DNA from: Acidobacteriota bacterium
GTDB lineage: Bacteria > Acidobacteriota > CAIWXX01
Length of the DNA: 64,000 nt
Assembly: GCA_040755995.1 (NCBI GenBank)
Contig: JBFMAF010000036.1
Location: forward strand, 32,001-96,000
Reading direction: 5' to 3'
The position numbers and the translations under genes were made by a program. The notes under the pieces are model-generated. The model had not been told where the DNA came from. It worked only from the letters and a program-made list of their open reading frames with translations, and did not search any database. This document shows positions 19,991 through 28,453 of this stretch, in pieces. The first letter of the stretch is position 1. Every line of letters starts with the position of its first letter.

Positions 19991-20212
19991 ATGGCTGTGA
20001 TGTCGAATGAGTCCGCTGACCGTGCCGTCCTTCTGGCACGGCTTGAAGAGATAGCCGAGGAGCTGATAGCGATTCGGTCCGCGCTGCTGGTGAGCGAAGA
20101 CGCGGCTCCGCAAGGGGATATCAGCTTCACAGAACAACTTCATGGCTGTATGGGCGAGGAACCGCTGGCCCGCTATGACTACTCGCTTGACTGGCGCCGC
20201 TTCGATAGGTAA
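19991..20212 (+). CDS. Putative antitoxin (73 aa)
   Basis: TGCTAGAAT extended -10 and RBS; stop overlaps the start of a PIN-like fragment (TAATG). Confidence 0.6.
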   Translation: MAVMSNESADRAVLLARLEEIAEELIAIRSALLVSEDAAPQGDISFTEQLHGCMGEEPLARYDYSLDWRRFDR

Positions 20213-20290
20213 TGGCTGCCAGTCTGCTTGAGTTCACGGAGCGGGTCATCTATCTCGACACGATGATCCTATACGGCTTCGTTCGGGCCG
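20212..20290 (+). pseudogene. PIN/VapC toxin N-terminal remnant
   Basis: MAASLLEFTERVIYLDTMILYGFVRAD carries the first PIN motif (YLDT). Beyond about 20290 the sequence is the antisense of another gene. Confidence 0.6.
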
Positions 20291-20454
20291 ATGCCCTTCT
20301 CGAACACTATCACGCGCTGCTCCTTGCCCGAATCCGCAAGGCTGACCCTCCTCTTCCGGCTCATCTCCTTCATCTCGCGCACGGTTCTCTCGAAGAAGTC
20401 GGATACGTGCCCGCAGTCACACTCGAAGGATGATGGGAAGATCTCTTTCGGCAT
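20269..20454 (-). CDS. Small Cys/His-containing hypothetical protein, possibly 3'-truncated
   Basis: RBS GAGGAA; MPKEIFPSSFECDCGHVSDFFERTVREMKEMSRKRRVSLADS; the last codons run into the PIN remnant. Confidence 0.65.
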   Translation of the reverse strand: MPKEIFPSSFECDCGHVSDFFERTVREMKEMSRKRRVSLADSGKEQRVIVFEKGIGPNEAV

Positions 20455-20610
20455 GCCCTTTTCCTCAGATGTGGGAGGTCGCGGAGCAGGCGAACGGGAA
20501 GCGGCGGCGGGCCCTCTCAAAGCGACGCCGTCCGTGTCAGGGGAACTCCGCGTCTCCGCGTCGGCTCCGGCGCGCAGGGTCTTGTCACCCTGCACGCCGG
20601 TGGCCTTTGA

Positions 20611-22200
20611 CTACAGCACGCTCTTCAGAATGGCGTCGCACTCGTCCTTGTCGACGTCCATTACGAACTGGATGCCGCTGATGTCGGCGGCTTCCTTGGT
20701 CAGGCTGGCGATGTCGTCGCGACGGATATGCTCGAGCGAGAACTTGCGGTTGCCGGCCATGAGCTGGCGCAGCCCCTGCGCGAGGCGCTCGTAGTAGGTG
20801 TAGAGGCCGATCGCGCCGCACGGCAGCTTCTCGAACTCCACATCGCCCAGCTCGCGCCTGAGCTCGGCGGCCGTCACGAAGATCTCGTCCTTGGTGCTTC
20901 CGAACCGCTCGACGTAAACCGGCAGCTCGTGCTCCTCCATGGCACGTCCAATGGTCTTCCCGACCATCGCCGCGGCGATCGGTGCGCGCGCCATGCCGAC
21001 CATCTTCACGTACGGTGCGCCCAGCGCGAGACCCTTGAAGATCTGGTCCTCGAACGTGAACCCGCCCGCCACCACCACCGCCGGTACGTGCGCGCCCTTG
21101 TCGGCGATCCGCTTCGTATGCTGATAGAGCAGCGAGTGCAGCTCGACCGGCGGCACGCCCCACTCGTTCATCATCCGCCAGGGGCTCATGCCGGTGCCGC
21201 CTCCAGCGCCGTCCACAGTCAGCATGTCGAGCTTGTACTTCGAGCAGAACGCAACGGCTCGCGCGAGATCCGCCGGGCGGTACGCCCCGGTCTTCAAGAA
21301 GATGTACTTCGCGCCCGCCTTGCGCAGCTCGGCGATCCTCTGCGCGAAGCCCTCCTCCGACACCATCCCGACTCTGGAGTGCCGCTCGAACTCCTTGAAC
21401 ACACCGCGCTCGAACGCCCTGATCGCGACCGGATCGGTCGGATTCGGAAGAACGATGTAGCCGCGCTCGTACAGTATCTGCGCCTTCTTGAGGTTGTTGA
21501 TCTTGACCTCGCCGCCGATGTCCTTCGCCCCCTGGCCCCACTTCAGCTCCACGATCTCGACGCCGAGCTTCTCTATCGCGTACTCCTGCACGCCCAGGCG
21601 CGTGTCCTCGACGTTCGCCTGCACGATGATGGCGCCGTAGCTGTCATGCTGGTGATCCTTGTACAGCTTCACCCGCCGCTTCAGGTCCACCGTGTCGACG
21701 ACACGCCCGTGCTTGAACGTAGCGTCGGGGTCCATGCCGACCACGTTCTCGCCGATCGTCACGCCCGTGCCGGCGATGGCCGACCCCGAGGCGATGCCTT
21801 CCCAGTTGTTCTTCGCGATGTTGGTCGATCCGATGCCGGGGATGATCCAAGGCAGCTTGAACTTGATCCCCTTGTCGTGACCGAGCGCCACCTCGAGATT
21901 CACTTTTGGGAAAATCGCCTTGTCGCTGTCGGCCTCGATCCCGTGCGCGCCGACGGCCGTGCCCATGATGTTGAAGTGCGAGTAGTCGACCGGGTACATC
22001 TTCTCGCCCGCCGTCGTGATGACGCCGAACGGCTGCGGGTAGATCACCTCGTGCCCGCGATAAGCCGACTTGCCGATCTCGCACATGCCGACGCAGCCGT
22101 CGACACAGGTGACGCACATGCCGGATGTCGGGACGATGGACTGTTCGGTACGGTTCTTGGTCAGAGTTGCAGCGGAAGCATTAATTCTCGTCAATGACAT
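20611..22200 (-). CDS. FMN-binding glutamate-synthase-family protein (stand-alone GltB FMN domain, archaeal-type)
   Basis: VELKWGQGAKDIGGE, IFLKTG, TVDGAGGGTG, AGG...KGLALGA; N-terminal CVTCVDGCVGMC. Confidence 0.88.
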   Translation of the reverse strand: MSLTRINASAATLTKNRTEQSIVPTSGMCVTCVDGCVGMCEIGKSAYRGHEVIYPQPFGVITTAGEKMYPVDYSHFNIMGTAVGAHGIEADSDKAIFPKVNLEVALGHDKGIKFKLPWIIPGIGSTNIAKNNWEGIASGSAIAGTGVTIGENVVGMDPDATFKHGRVVDTVDLKRRVKLYKDHQHDSYGAIIVQANVEDTRLGVQEYAIEKLGVEIVELKWGQGAKDIGGEVKINNLKKAQILYERGYIVLPNPTDPVAIRAFERGVFKEFERHSRVGMVSEEGFAQRIAELRKAGAKYIFLKTGAYRPADLARAVAFCSKYKLDMLTVDGAGGGTGMSPWRMMNEWGVPPVELHSLLYQHTKRIADKGAHVPAVVVAGGFTFEDQIFKGLALGAPYVKMVGMARAPIAAAMVGKTIGRAMEEHELPVYVERFGSTKDEIFVTAAELRRELGDVEFEKLPCGAIGLYTYYERLAQGLRQLMAGNRKFSLEHIRRDDIASLTKEAADISGIQFVMDVDKDECDAILKSVL

Positions 22201-22301
22201 GGTTCTTTACTCCTTTCCTCGCGAGGCCGCAGCCTCGATATGAAGGGCCGCCCCGCGGGCCGCCCGGATGGTTTCTCCAACGGTCTGACGGATACACATG
22301 A

Positions 22302-22979
22302 CTAGTCTTTCTTGATCTCGCACGCGACGCACGGCGACATGAAGCACATCATGTCGTCGAACCCCTCCTTCTCGAGACACGGCGGGCTCAAGTTGGCGCA
22401 GCCGCCGCAGATGGCCTTGTCGGGTTCGGTGTACGTGCAGCGCAGCTGGCAGGCCGGGCAGACGTAGATGCATCCGCCGCACAGGCGGCAGACCTCCGAG
22501 CTGATGTCGAACGGAGTCGTGATGCGCCGGTGGTCGCCGCGCGCGGTGAACCCGATCGCCCCCGCCGCCATCTGCTCCTTGCACATCCGCACGCACAGAC
22601 CGCAGAGAATACAGTCCTCGTGTTCCTGGCGGAATCGTTGCTGGCGTACCTCATGGGCGGAGGCAAGATCCTGGATGATCTTGGATTGCGGGCACGAGGC
22701 CAGCAGCAGCTCCAGGATCATCTTGCGCGCGCGCACGACACGGTTGGATGCAGTGCGCACCACCGCCCCTTCCTCGGCCGGGTACGTGCACGAAGAGACC
22801 AACCTCGCCTTGGCGCCCTGGCCGATCTCGACCACGCACAGGCGACAGGCTCCGTAGGGCGTCAGGCCCTCCATGTGGCACAGGGTGGGGATGGGGAAGC
22901 CGAGGAACCTGGCCGCCTCAAGCAGCGTCGTGCCTTTTTCGACGGATACGGGCAACCCGTTGATCTTGATGTTGATCAC
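22302..22979 (-). CDS. NuoG/HydA N-terminal-like Fe-S protein (2Fe-2S plus 4Fe-4S) with Cys-rich tail
   Basis: IPTLCH...GACRLCVVE...SC; CILCGLCVRMC; CRLCGGCIYVCP; no H-cluster or Mo-domain motifs. Confidence 0.9.
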   Translation of the reverse strand: MINIKINGLPVSVEKGTTLLEAARFLGFPIPTLCHMEGLTPYGACRLCVVEIGQGAKARLVSSCTYPAEEGAVVRTASNRVVRARKMILELLLASCPQSKIIQDLASAHEVRQQRFRQEHEDCILCGLCVRMCKEQMAAGAIGFTARGDHRRITTPFDISSEVCRLCGGCIYVCPACQLRCTYTEPDKAICGGCANLSPPCLEKEGFDDMMCFMSPCVACEIKKD

Positions 22980-25900
22980 TGGGCACCTCCTGCATGGACA
23001 GTAGTTTCTTCGGGCTGTGGAGCCGGCTTGGTGAAGGCGAGGTCGCAGCGCAGACAGCGCCGCGCCTCACGCGCCGCCTGCTCCAGCGTGAACGCCTTCT
23101 CGACCTCGACGAAGCCGCTCAGCCTCTCGCATGTCGGCAGACGAGGCAGCTCGACGCGCCGCGCGGGTTCGGCGGCCTCGGGCTCGGGAGCGAGCGGTTC
23201 GACGTAGACGCTCGGCCTTCGCAGCTGCTCCGGTTGGGCCAGCACCTCCCGCCGCAGGTAGCGGTCGATCATCACCGCCGCCCTCTTTCCAGCAGCGATG
23301 GCATCCACCACGGTGTTGGGTCCGGTGACCACGTCGCCACCCGCGAACACCCCGGCGCGGTTCGTAAGCAGGGTGTCGGAATCGATCTTCACAGTGCCGC
23401 CTGCGGTGACCTCGATGCGGTTGACGCCGGCCACCGCGATGCAGTCCGTGTCGGAACCCTCGCTGATCGCCACGATCAGCGTATCGACCGGCACGCTGTA
23501 CTCTGTTCCTGGGATCGGCACAGGGCGGCGGCGACCGCTGGCATCGACCTCGCCCAGGCTGTTCTTGATCAGTTCGATCCCAGTGATGCTGCCATCCTTG
23601 GTGAGGATCCTCGTTGGCGCGGTGAGCGTCTTGATCGACACGCCCTCCTGCTCAGCGGCCTCCACCTCCTCGGCGAACGCCGGCATCTCCTTGAGCGTGC
23701 GGCGGTAGTATATCGTCACACTTTCTACGCCCGGCTGCCGCTTGGCGGTGCGCGCCGCGTCCACCGCGGAGTTGCCGCCGCCGACAACGGCCACACGGCC
23801 CCTGGCGAGTTGCTCCCCACGCTGGTTGTGCGCCTTCAGAAAGCTGATCGATGGGATCACACCCTTGGCATCCTCGCCGTCCAGGCCCAGGCGCAGGCTC
23901 TTGTGCGCTCCCAGCGCGACGAATATTGCGCCGTACCCCTTCTCGAACAGCGAGTCGAGGGTGATGTCGCGCCCCAGAGTGCTGTTGCAGACCAGAGTGA
24001 CATTCTCATCCAGAAGCGAGGCAATCTCCTTCCGCATGACCTCACGCGGCAGGCGATAGCCTGGGATAGCCGAGAACATCATGCCGCCCGGCTCGGCGTC
24101 CTGCTCGTAGACGGTGACCTTGTACCCTCTGAGAGACAGGTAGTGAGCCGCCGAAAGACCGGCGGGCCCCGACCCGATCACCGCGACTGGAGGTGACCCT
24201 GGAGGCGCACTGGTGTGGCGCACTGGTTTGAAGCTCATAGGATCGATGTTGTCGGTGATGAAGCGCTTGAGGGCGCGGATTGCGACCGGGTCGCCGCCCG
24301 TGGCCCCGGCCCGGCAGCGCTCCTCGCACGGATGATTGCACACTCGAGCACAGACGGACGGGAACGGGTTGGCTTCACGGATCGCCTGGTACGCCTCCTG
24401 GTACTCTCCGCGGCCAATGTGCGCGACGTATCGCCAGGCCTCGGTGCCCAACGGGCAGGCGGACTGGCAAGGAGCGCCGACCAGGTCGTTGCACACGAAG
24501 GCGTCGCACCGCTTGTGCACGATGTGCCGCTCGTACTCCTTGCGGAAGTAGCGCAGAGTGGAGAGAACCGGGTTCGACGCCGTCTGCCCCAGCCCGCACA
24601 TGCTCGTGTCCTTGACCACCTCAGCCAGCTCCTGCAGCAGCTTCAGCTGCGCCAGGGTCGCCTTGCCCTTGGACACGTCGTCGAGGATCTCCCACATGCG
24701 CTGCGTGCCCTTGCGGCAAGTGAAGCACTTCCCGCAGGACTCATCTTTGAGGAAGTTCATGAAGTACCTGGCGACGTCCACCATGCAGGTGTCTTCGTCC
24801 ATGACGATCATGCCGCCGGAACCCATGATCGAGCCTGCCTGAACCAGCGAATCGAAGTCTATCGGGAGGTCGAACATGGAGGCGGGTATGCAGCCTCCTG
24901 AGGGGCCGCCGGTCTGCACCGCCTTGACCTTGGCTCTTCCTGGTGCACCTCCGCCGATCTCGTGTACCACCTGGCGGATCTTGATCCCGAGGGGAACCTC
25001 GACCAGGCCGGTGTTGCGGATTTTCCCGACGAGCGAGAATATCTTCGTCCCGCTGTTGCCCGGCACGCCCACCTTGACGTACTCGGCCGCACCGTCTCTG
25101 ATGATGACTGGGACGTTGGCGAAGGTTTCCACGTTGTTGATGCAGGTGGGGCACCCGTCGATGCCTTTCTCGATCGGGTATGGCGGCCGCTGCCTGGGCT
25201 CGCCCCGGTAGCCCATCACGGACCTTATCAGGGCCGTCTCCTCTCCGCACACGAAAGCCCCGGCGCCACGCACGATCTCGATGTCGAAGCTGATACTTGT
25301 TCCGAGGATGTTCTCGCCCAGGAGACCATAGTCGTGCGCCTGCCTGAGGGCAATCGTGGTGTGCTTGATCGCAAGCGGGTACTCGCTGCGCACGTAGACG
25401 ATCCCACGGCTGGCGCCGATGGCGATGGCTCCAATGATCATCCCCTCGATGATGGCGTGCGGGTTGCCTTCCAGCAGACTGCGATCCATGTAAGCGCCGG
25501 GGTCACCCTCATCGCAGTTGCATACGATGTACTTCCGGCCCCCGCCGTTTCCAGCCGCACGGGCCAACTGCCACTTCATCCCCGTGAGGAATCCGGCACC
25601 ACCACGCCCGCGCAATCCCGATGCCTTGACCTCTGCCACGATCCACGCCGGATCGATCTTGCTGAGCACCTTCTCAAGCGCGGCGTAGCCGCCCTGGTCG
25701 AAGTAGTTCTCTATGCGTATCGGATCGAGCTGTTGGTTGCTGCCCAGGATCGTCCGCGTCTGGCTCTTGAAGAACGGAATGTCGCTCTGGCAGTGGTACT
25801 TCACCGTGGCGTGCGGCTCCCGGTACAGAAGGTCCTCCTCCACGTAGCCGCCCAACGCAGAGTTGATCACGCGCGGCACGTCCTCCATCTTCAACCTCGG

Positions 25901-26167
25901 ATACAGGTGCTGGCCGGGTTCCACCACGATGAACGGGTCCATCTCGCAGAACCCCTGGCAACCTGTGATCCTGAGCTGGATCTTGTCTTGAAGGTTGTGT
26001 TCCAGGATGTGGCGCTTGATGACCCTCATGATGTCGTTGGAGCCGCTGGCCTGGCCGCCCGTGCCCGCGCACAGCACGAGGGTGGGTCTTGCGGGCCGCG
26101 CGCTCTTCACTTCCTGGACGCGCCTGCGGAAGCTGATGAGTTCGTCAACCGATGTCAGTCTGACCAT
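22976..26167 (-). CDS. NuoF/HydB-like FMN/NADH subunit fused to a GltD/NfnB-like FAD oxidoreductase
   Basis: Thioredoxin-like 2Fe-2S N-terminus; SGLRGRGGAGF, CDEGDPGAYMDR, GAFVCGEETAL, ESCGKCFTCR; then APCQSACP, CARVCNHPCEERC, GSGPAG, GGGNSA, EARRCLRC. Confidence 0.92.
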   Translation of the reverse strand: MVRLTSVDELISFRRRVQEVKSARPARPTLVLCAGTGGQASGSNDIMRVIKRHILEHNLQDKIQLRITGCQGFCEMDPFIVVEPGQHLYPRLKMEDVPRVINSALGGYVEEDLLYREPHATVKYHCQSDIPFFKSQTRTILGSNQQLDPIRIENYFDQGGYAALEKVLSKIDPAWIVAEVKASGLRGRGGAGFLTGMKWQLARAAGNGGGRKYIVCNCDEGDPGAYMDRSLLEGNPHAIIEGMIIGAIAIGASRGIVYVRSEYPLAIKHTTIALRQAHDYGLLGENILGTSISFDIEIVRGAGAFVCGEETALIRSVMGYRGEPRQRPPYPIEKGIDGCPTCINNVETFANVPVIIRDGAAEYVKVGVPGNSGTKIFSLVGKIRNTGLVEVPLGIKIRQVVHEIGGGAPGRAKVKAVQTGGPSGGCIPASMFDLPIDFDSLVQAGSIMGSGGMIVMDEDTCMVDVARYFMNFLKDESCGKCFTCRKGTQRMWEILDDVSKGKATLAQLKLLQELAEVVKDTSMCGLGQTASNPVLSTLRYFRKEYERHIVHKRCDAFVCNDLVGAPCQSACPLGTEAWRYVAHIGRGEYQEAYQAIREANPFPSVCARVCNHPCEERCRAGATGGDPVAIRALKRFITDNIDPMSFKPVRHTSAPPGSPPVAVIGSGPAGLSAAHYLSLRGYKVTVYEQDAEPGGMMFSAIPGYRLPREVMRKEIASLLDENVTLVCNSTLGRDITLDSLFEKGYGAIFVALGAHKSLRLGLDGEDAKGVIPSISFLKAHNQRGEQLARGRVAVVGGGNSAVDAARTAKRQPGVESVTIYYRRTLKEMPAFAEEVEAAEQEGVSIKTLTAPTRILTKDGSITGIELIKNSLGEVDASGRRRPVPIPGTEYSVPVDTLIVAISEGSDTDCIAVAGVNRIEVTAGGTVKIDSDTLLTNRAGVFAGGDVVTGPNTVVDAIAAGKRAAVMIDRYLRREVLAQPEQLRRPSVYVEPLAPEPEAAEPARRVELPRLPTCERLSGFVEVEKAFTLEQAAREARRCLRCDLAFTKPAPQPEETTVHAGGAQ

Positions 26168-26179
26168 CTCGAATCTCCA

Positions 26180-27028
26180 TTAGAGCTCAGGGCCGGTGGC
26201 CGTCAGGTCAAGCATGTGGTTCCGGCAACCCCGGCGTGAGCAGAATTGCACAATGCCGCCACCGCGTATGATCATCGGCACCATCGGCGCATCGCACTCG
26301 ACGCAGGGCGGCGCACCGGCGAGCTCGGCGTTGCAGTGGGGGCAGAAGAAGTTGGCCGCCTCGCCCGCAGGAATCTCGTACTCGGTCTCGACGCTGTACG
26401 AGCCGTAGAGGCAGGAGAGCAGCACCCAGCCGCGTCTGTCTCGGAAGGAGACGGTGACCCTGACCCCAGGGAGGCCGTCCACGAGATGGGCCGGGTCCAT
26501 TAAGGTGTGACCACAACGGCCACAGGAAAGATCCACGGGGAAGACACGCCTATCGGTGTGGATGTCGATCTTGTCGAGCCCCTCTCTGGCCTTGTTCAGG
26601 ATGCGAGAGACCGACGTGGCCCCAACATTGGAGAAGTAGTGCCCGTCCACGACAACGATGGGCCCAAGGGCGCAGCCGCCGAGGCAGTTCTGCGTCTCCA
26701 GCGTGAATTCGCGGTCCGCCGTTGTGTCACCGGCCTTCACTCGGAGCTGGCGTTCAAGCTCCTCCGAGACCTTGGGCGCCCCCCGCACGTGGCACGCCGT
26801 TCCCAGACAGCAGGTGACCAGGTGCTTCCCGCGCGGCTTGAGACTGAACGCCCGGAAGAACGTGGCGACTCCATAGACGTCGACCAGCGAGCGGCCCGTC
26901 CTCTCGGCCACCGTCCGCAACGCTTCCGCAGGCAAGTATGAGTACTTCGTCTGAATCTCCTGCAGTATGGCGAGCAGATCGCCCCGCTCCCCGCTGTGCT
27001 TCTCGATAATCCTGGCAATCTCGCTCAT
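26180..27028 (-). CDS. NuoE/HydC-like 2Fe-2S subunit with C-terminal Cys-rich domain
   Basis: CLGTACHVRG...NCLGGCALGP; tail CGRC...CPHC...CVEC...CSRRGCRNH; RBS GGAGGTGG before the ATG at 27028. Confidence 0.9.
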   Translation of the reverse strand: MSEIARIIEKHSGERGDLLAILQEIQTKYSYLPAEALRTVAERTGRSLVDVYGVATFFRAFSLKPRGKHLVTCCLGTACHVRGAPKVSEELERQLRVKAGDTTADREFTLETQNCLGGCALGPIVVVDGHYFSNVGATSVSRILNKAREGLDKIDIHTDRRVFPVDLSCGRCGHTLMDPAHLVDGLPGVRVTVSFRDRRGWVLLSCLYGSYSVETEYEIPAGEAANFFCPHCNAELAGAPPCVECDAPMVPMIIRGGGIVQFCSRRGCRNHMLDLTATGPEL

Positions 27029-27129
27029 GCTTGCCACCTCCATGATGACGACTGGATGTCCTCAGGGACAGAGATGGGAGCACCTTCCCGGTGCTTCTCT
27101 ATCGCGCTGAGGACGCTTTCCGCTTTCAT
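27025..27129 (-). pseudogene. 34-aa ORF resembling a NuoE N-terminus, translationally coupled to the NuoE-like gene
   Basis: GGAGGAATAA-ATG; MKAESVLSAIEKHREGAPISVPEDIQSSSWRWQA*; ATGA overlap with MSEIARIIEKH. Confidence 0.55.
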
Positions 27130-27364
27130 TTATTCCTCCCGGAAGTATGACGTTGTATGGGATCAGACCTCGGACTCAGAGATGTTGGACCCAAGAGCCA
27201 TTCGGCGGCGTTTGTGTGGGATTCGAAATCCGACGTGGACGAACCCAGATATTGGGCGAGATTTTCGCCGGCTCGACATGATGCGGTCGCTTCGGCATCG
27301 CCGCCTAGCATATCAAACATCATCGTCCGGGAAAACCCTGTTCGAGATAGAGATAGGGAATTGT

Positions 27365-27450
27365 GACACGGAGAGGGAAAGACGGAGAATCGGGGAGACG
27401 GAGAAACGGAGAATCGGAGACACGGGGAGGCGGAGAATCGGAGAAACGGC
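27365..27450. repeat. Purine-rich octamer tandem repeat (about 10 units of GGAGA[A/C][A/T/G]C)
   Basis: acacggagagggaaagacggagaatcggggagacggagaaacggagaatcggagacacggggaggcggagaatcggagaaacgg. Confidence 0.75.
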
Positions 27451-27469
27451 TCTTAACCAGCTCACGCGG

Positions 27470-28312
27470 CTACCAGCGCGGATCCTCCTGGTGGGACAGG
27501 CCATCGAAGAACAGGCGATGAAACATGCGGCTCCGTCCGGTCTCGAGGTCGGCTTCGCGCGCGATACGGAGTCTCGCGTCGAGCAGGCTGTCGGCGGTCG
27601 GCTCGACGCCGGCCTCAGGGTCGAGCCGCTCGAGATTCTCTCCCCGCCGGTCTTTCGGAACGCCGTTTCGGAGGCTCAGGCAGAGATCGCATCGCCCCTT
27701 TGGGTCGGTCAGGCGGCAGAGCCCGTTGAGCGCCCGCTTCATCTCCGAGCGCGCACCTGCCAGTAACTCGGTGGCGACGGAGCCCGATACGTCGACAGCC
27801 TCGGCGCACTCCGCTATGTCCAGCCCGAACAGCTCCTTCATCATCAGAACGGCCTGCGAATGCGGTGGCAGCGTTCGCCCGATGCACGTCAAACAGAACG
27901 CCACGTGTTCGCGAACATCGAATTCGAAACCCGGGTCGGATTTGATTCGCGAAAAACGGCGGGTCGCCTCCGGGTCGGCGATTGCCGCCCGGCTGGCTAT
28001 CTTCTGCGCGTCCACCCTCCAGCGCCTCCGCGTCGAGAGGTACTCGAAGCACAGGCGCGTGGCCAGCTTGAAGAGCCAGACGCGGAGGGCGCGGGGAGGC
28101 GGATCGCGCCGCACACGCTCGGCTACCGACACCAGCACATCCTGCGTGAGATCCTCTCCATCCTCCCAATGACCGACCATCCTGTACAGGTACGCGAGCA
28201 GCGGCGTTCGCCATGGCATGATCAGATCACTGAACGCATCCTCATCACCCTGATGCGCGCGCAGGAAGATGTCTCCGTCCTGTGGAACTGCTGGAAGCGG
28301 ATGAATCGGCAT
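27470..28312 (-). CDS. ECF sigma factor with Cys-containing linker and C-terminal extension
   Basis: EDGEDLTQDV...VWLFKLATRLC; region 4 LMMKELFGLDIAECAEAV...LLAGARSEM; FCLTC and CRLTDPKGRCDLC. Confidence 0.85.
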   Translation of the reverse strand: MPIHPLPAVPQDGDIFLRAHQGDEDAFSDLIMPWRTPLLAYLYRMVGHWEDGEDLTQDVLVSVAERVRRDPPPRALRVWLFKLATRLCFEYLSTRRRWRVDAQKIASRAAIADPEATRRFSRIKSDPGFEFDVREHVAFCLTCIGRTLPPHSQAVLMMKELFGLDIAECAEAVDVSGSVATELLAGARSEMKRALNGLCRLTDPKGRCDLCLSLRNGVPKDRRGENLERLDPEAGVEPTADSLLDARLRIAREADLETGRSRMFHRLFFDGLSHQEDPRW

Positions 28313-28453
28313 CTCGAACTCTCCGTGAGCATGATAGCACGTCGCCGATGCCGAGTGGGACCGCGGCGCGGGCGTGCGGGTCTGCCGCCCCATACGCCCC
28401 GATGCGAGAGCACTGCGTCGGGCCGCGGGCGCCGCAAGAATGCCGGTGCCGGC

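Noticed and set aside
20728..22197. Long + strand ORF (489 aa), and similar ones at 331-1935, 22994-24196, 24962-26239, 37565-39118, 43316-45325 and 62835-63830
   Set aside because: Antisense shadows of well-supported genes, expected with high GC3 codon bias; no motifs.
22302..27028. Respiratory complex I (nuoEFG) or [FeFe]-hydrogenase
   Set aside because: No membrane Nuo subunits, no H-cluster motifs and no maturases; the NuoG-like protein is only 225 aa.
27140..27360. Riboswitch upstream of the redox operon
   Set aside because: Only small hairpins; no recognisable glutamine, FMN, SAM or c-di-GMP aptamer consensus by eye. An Rfam scan would settle it.
27365..27450. CRISPR array
   Set aside because: 8-bp degenerate units with no unique spacers, and no cas genes. 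The 33-bp repeats at 34652 are adjacent, in-frame and intragenic.
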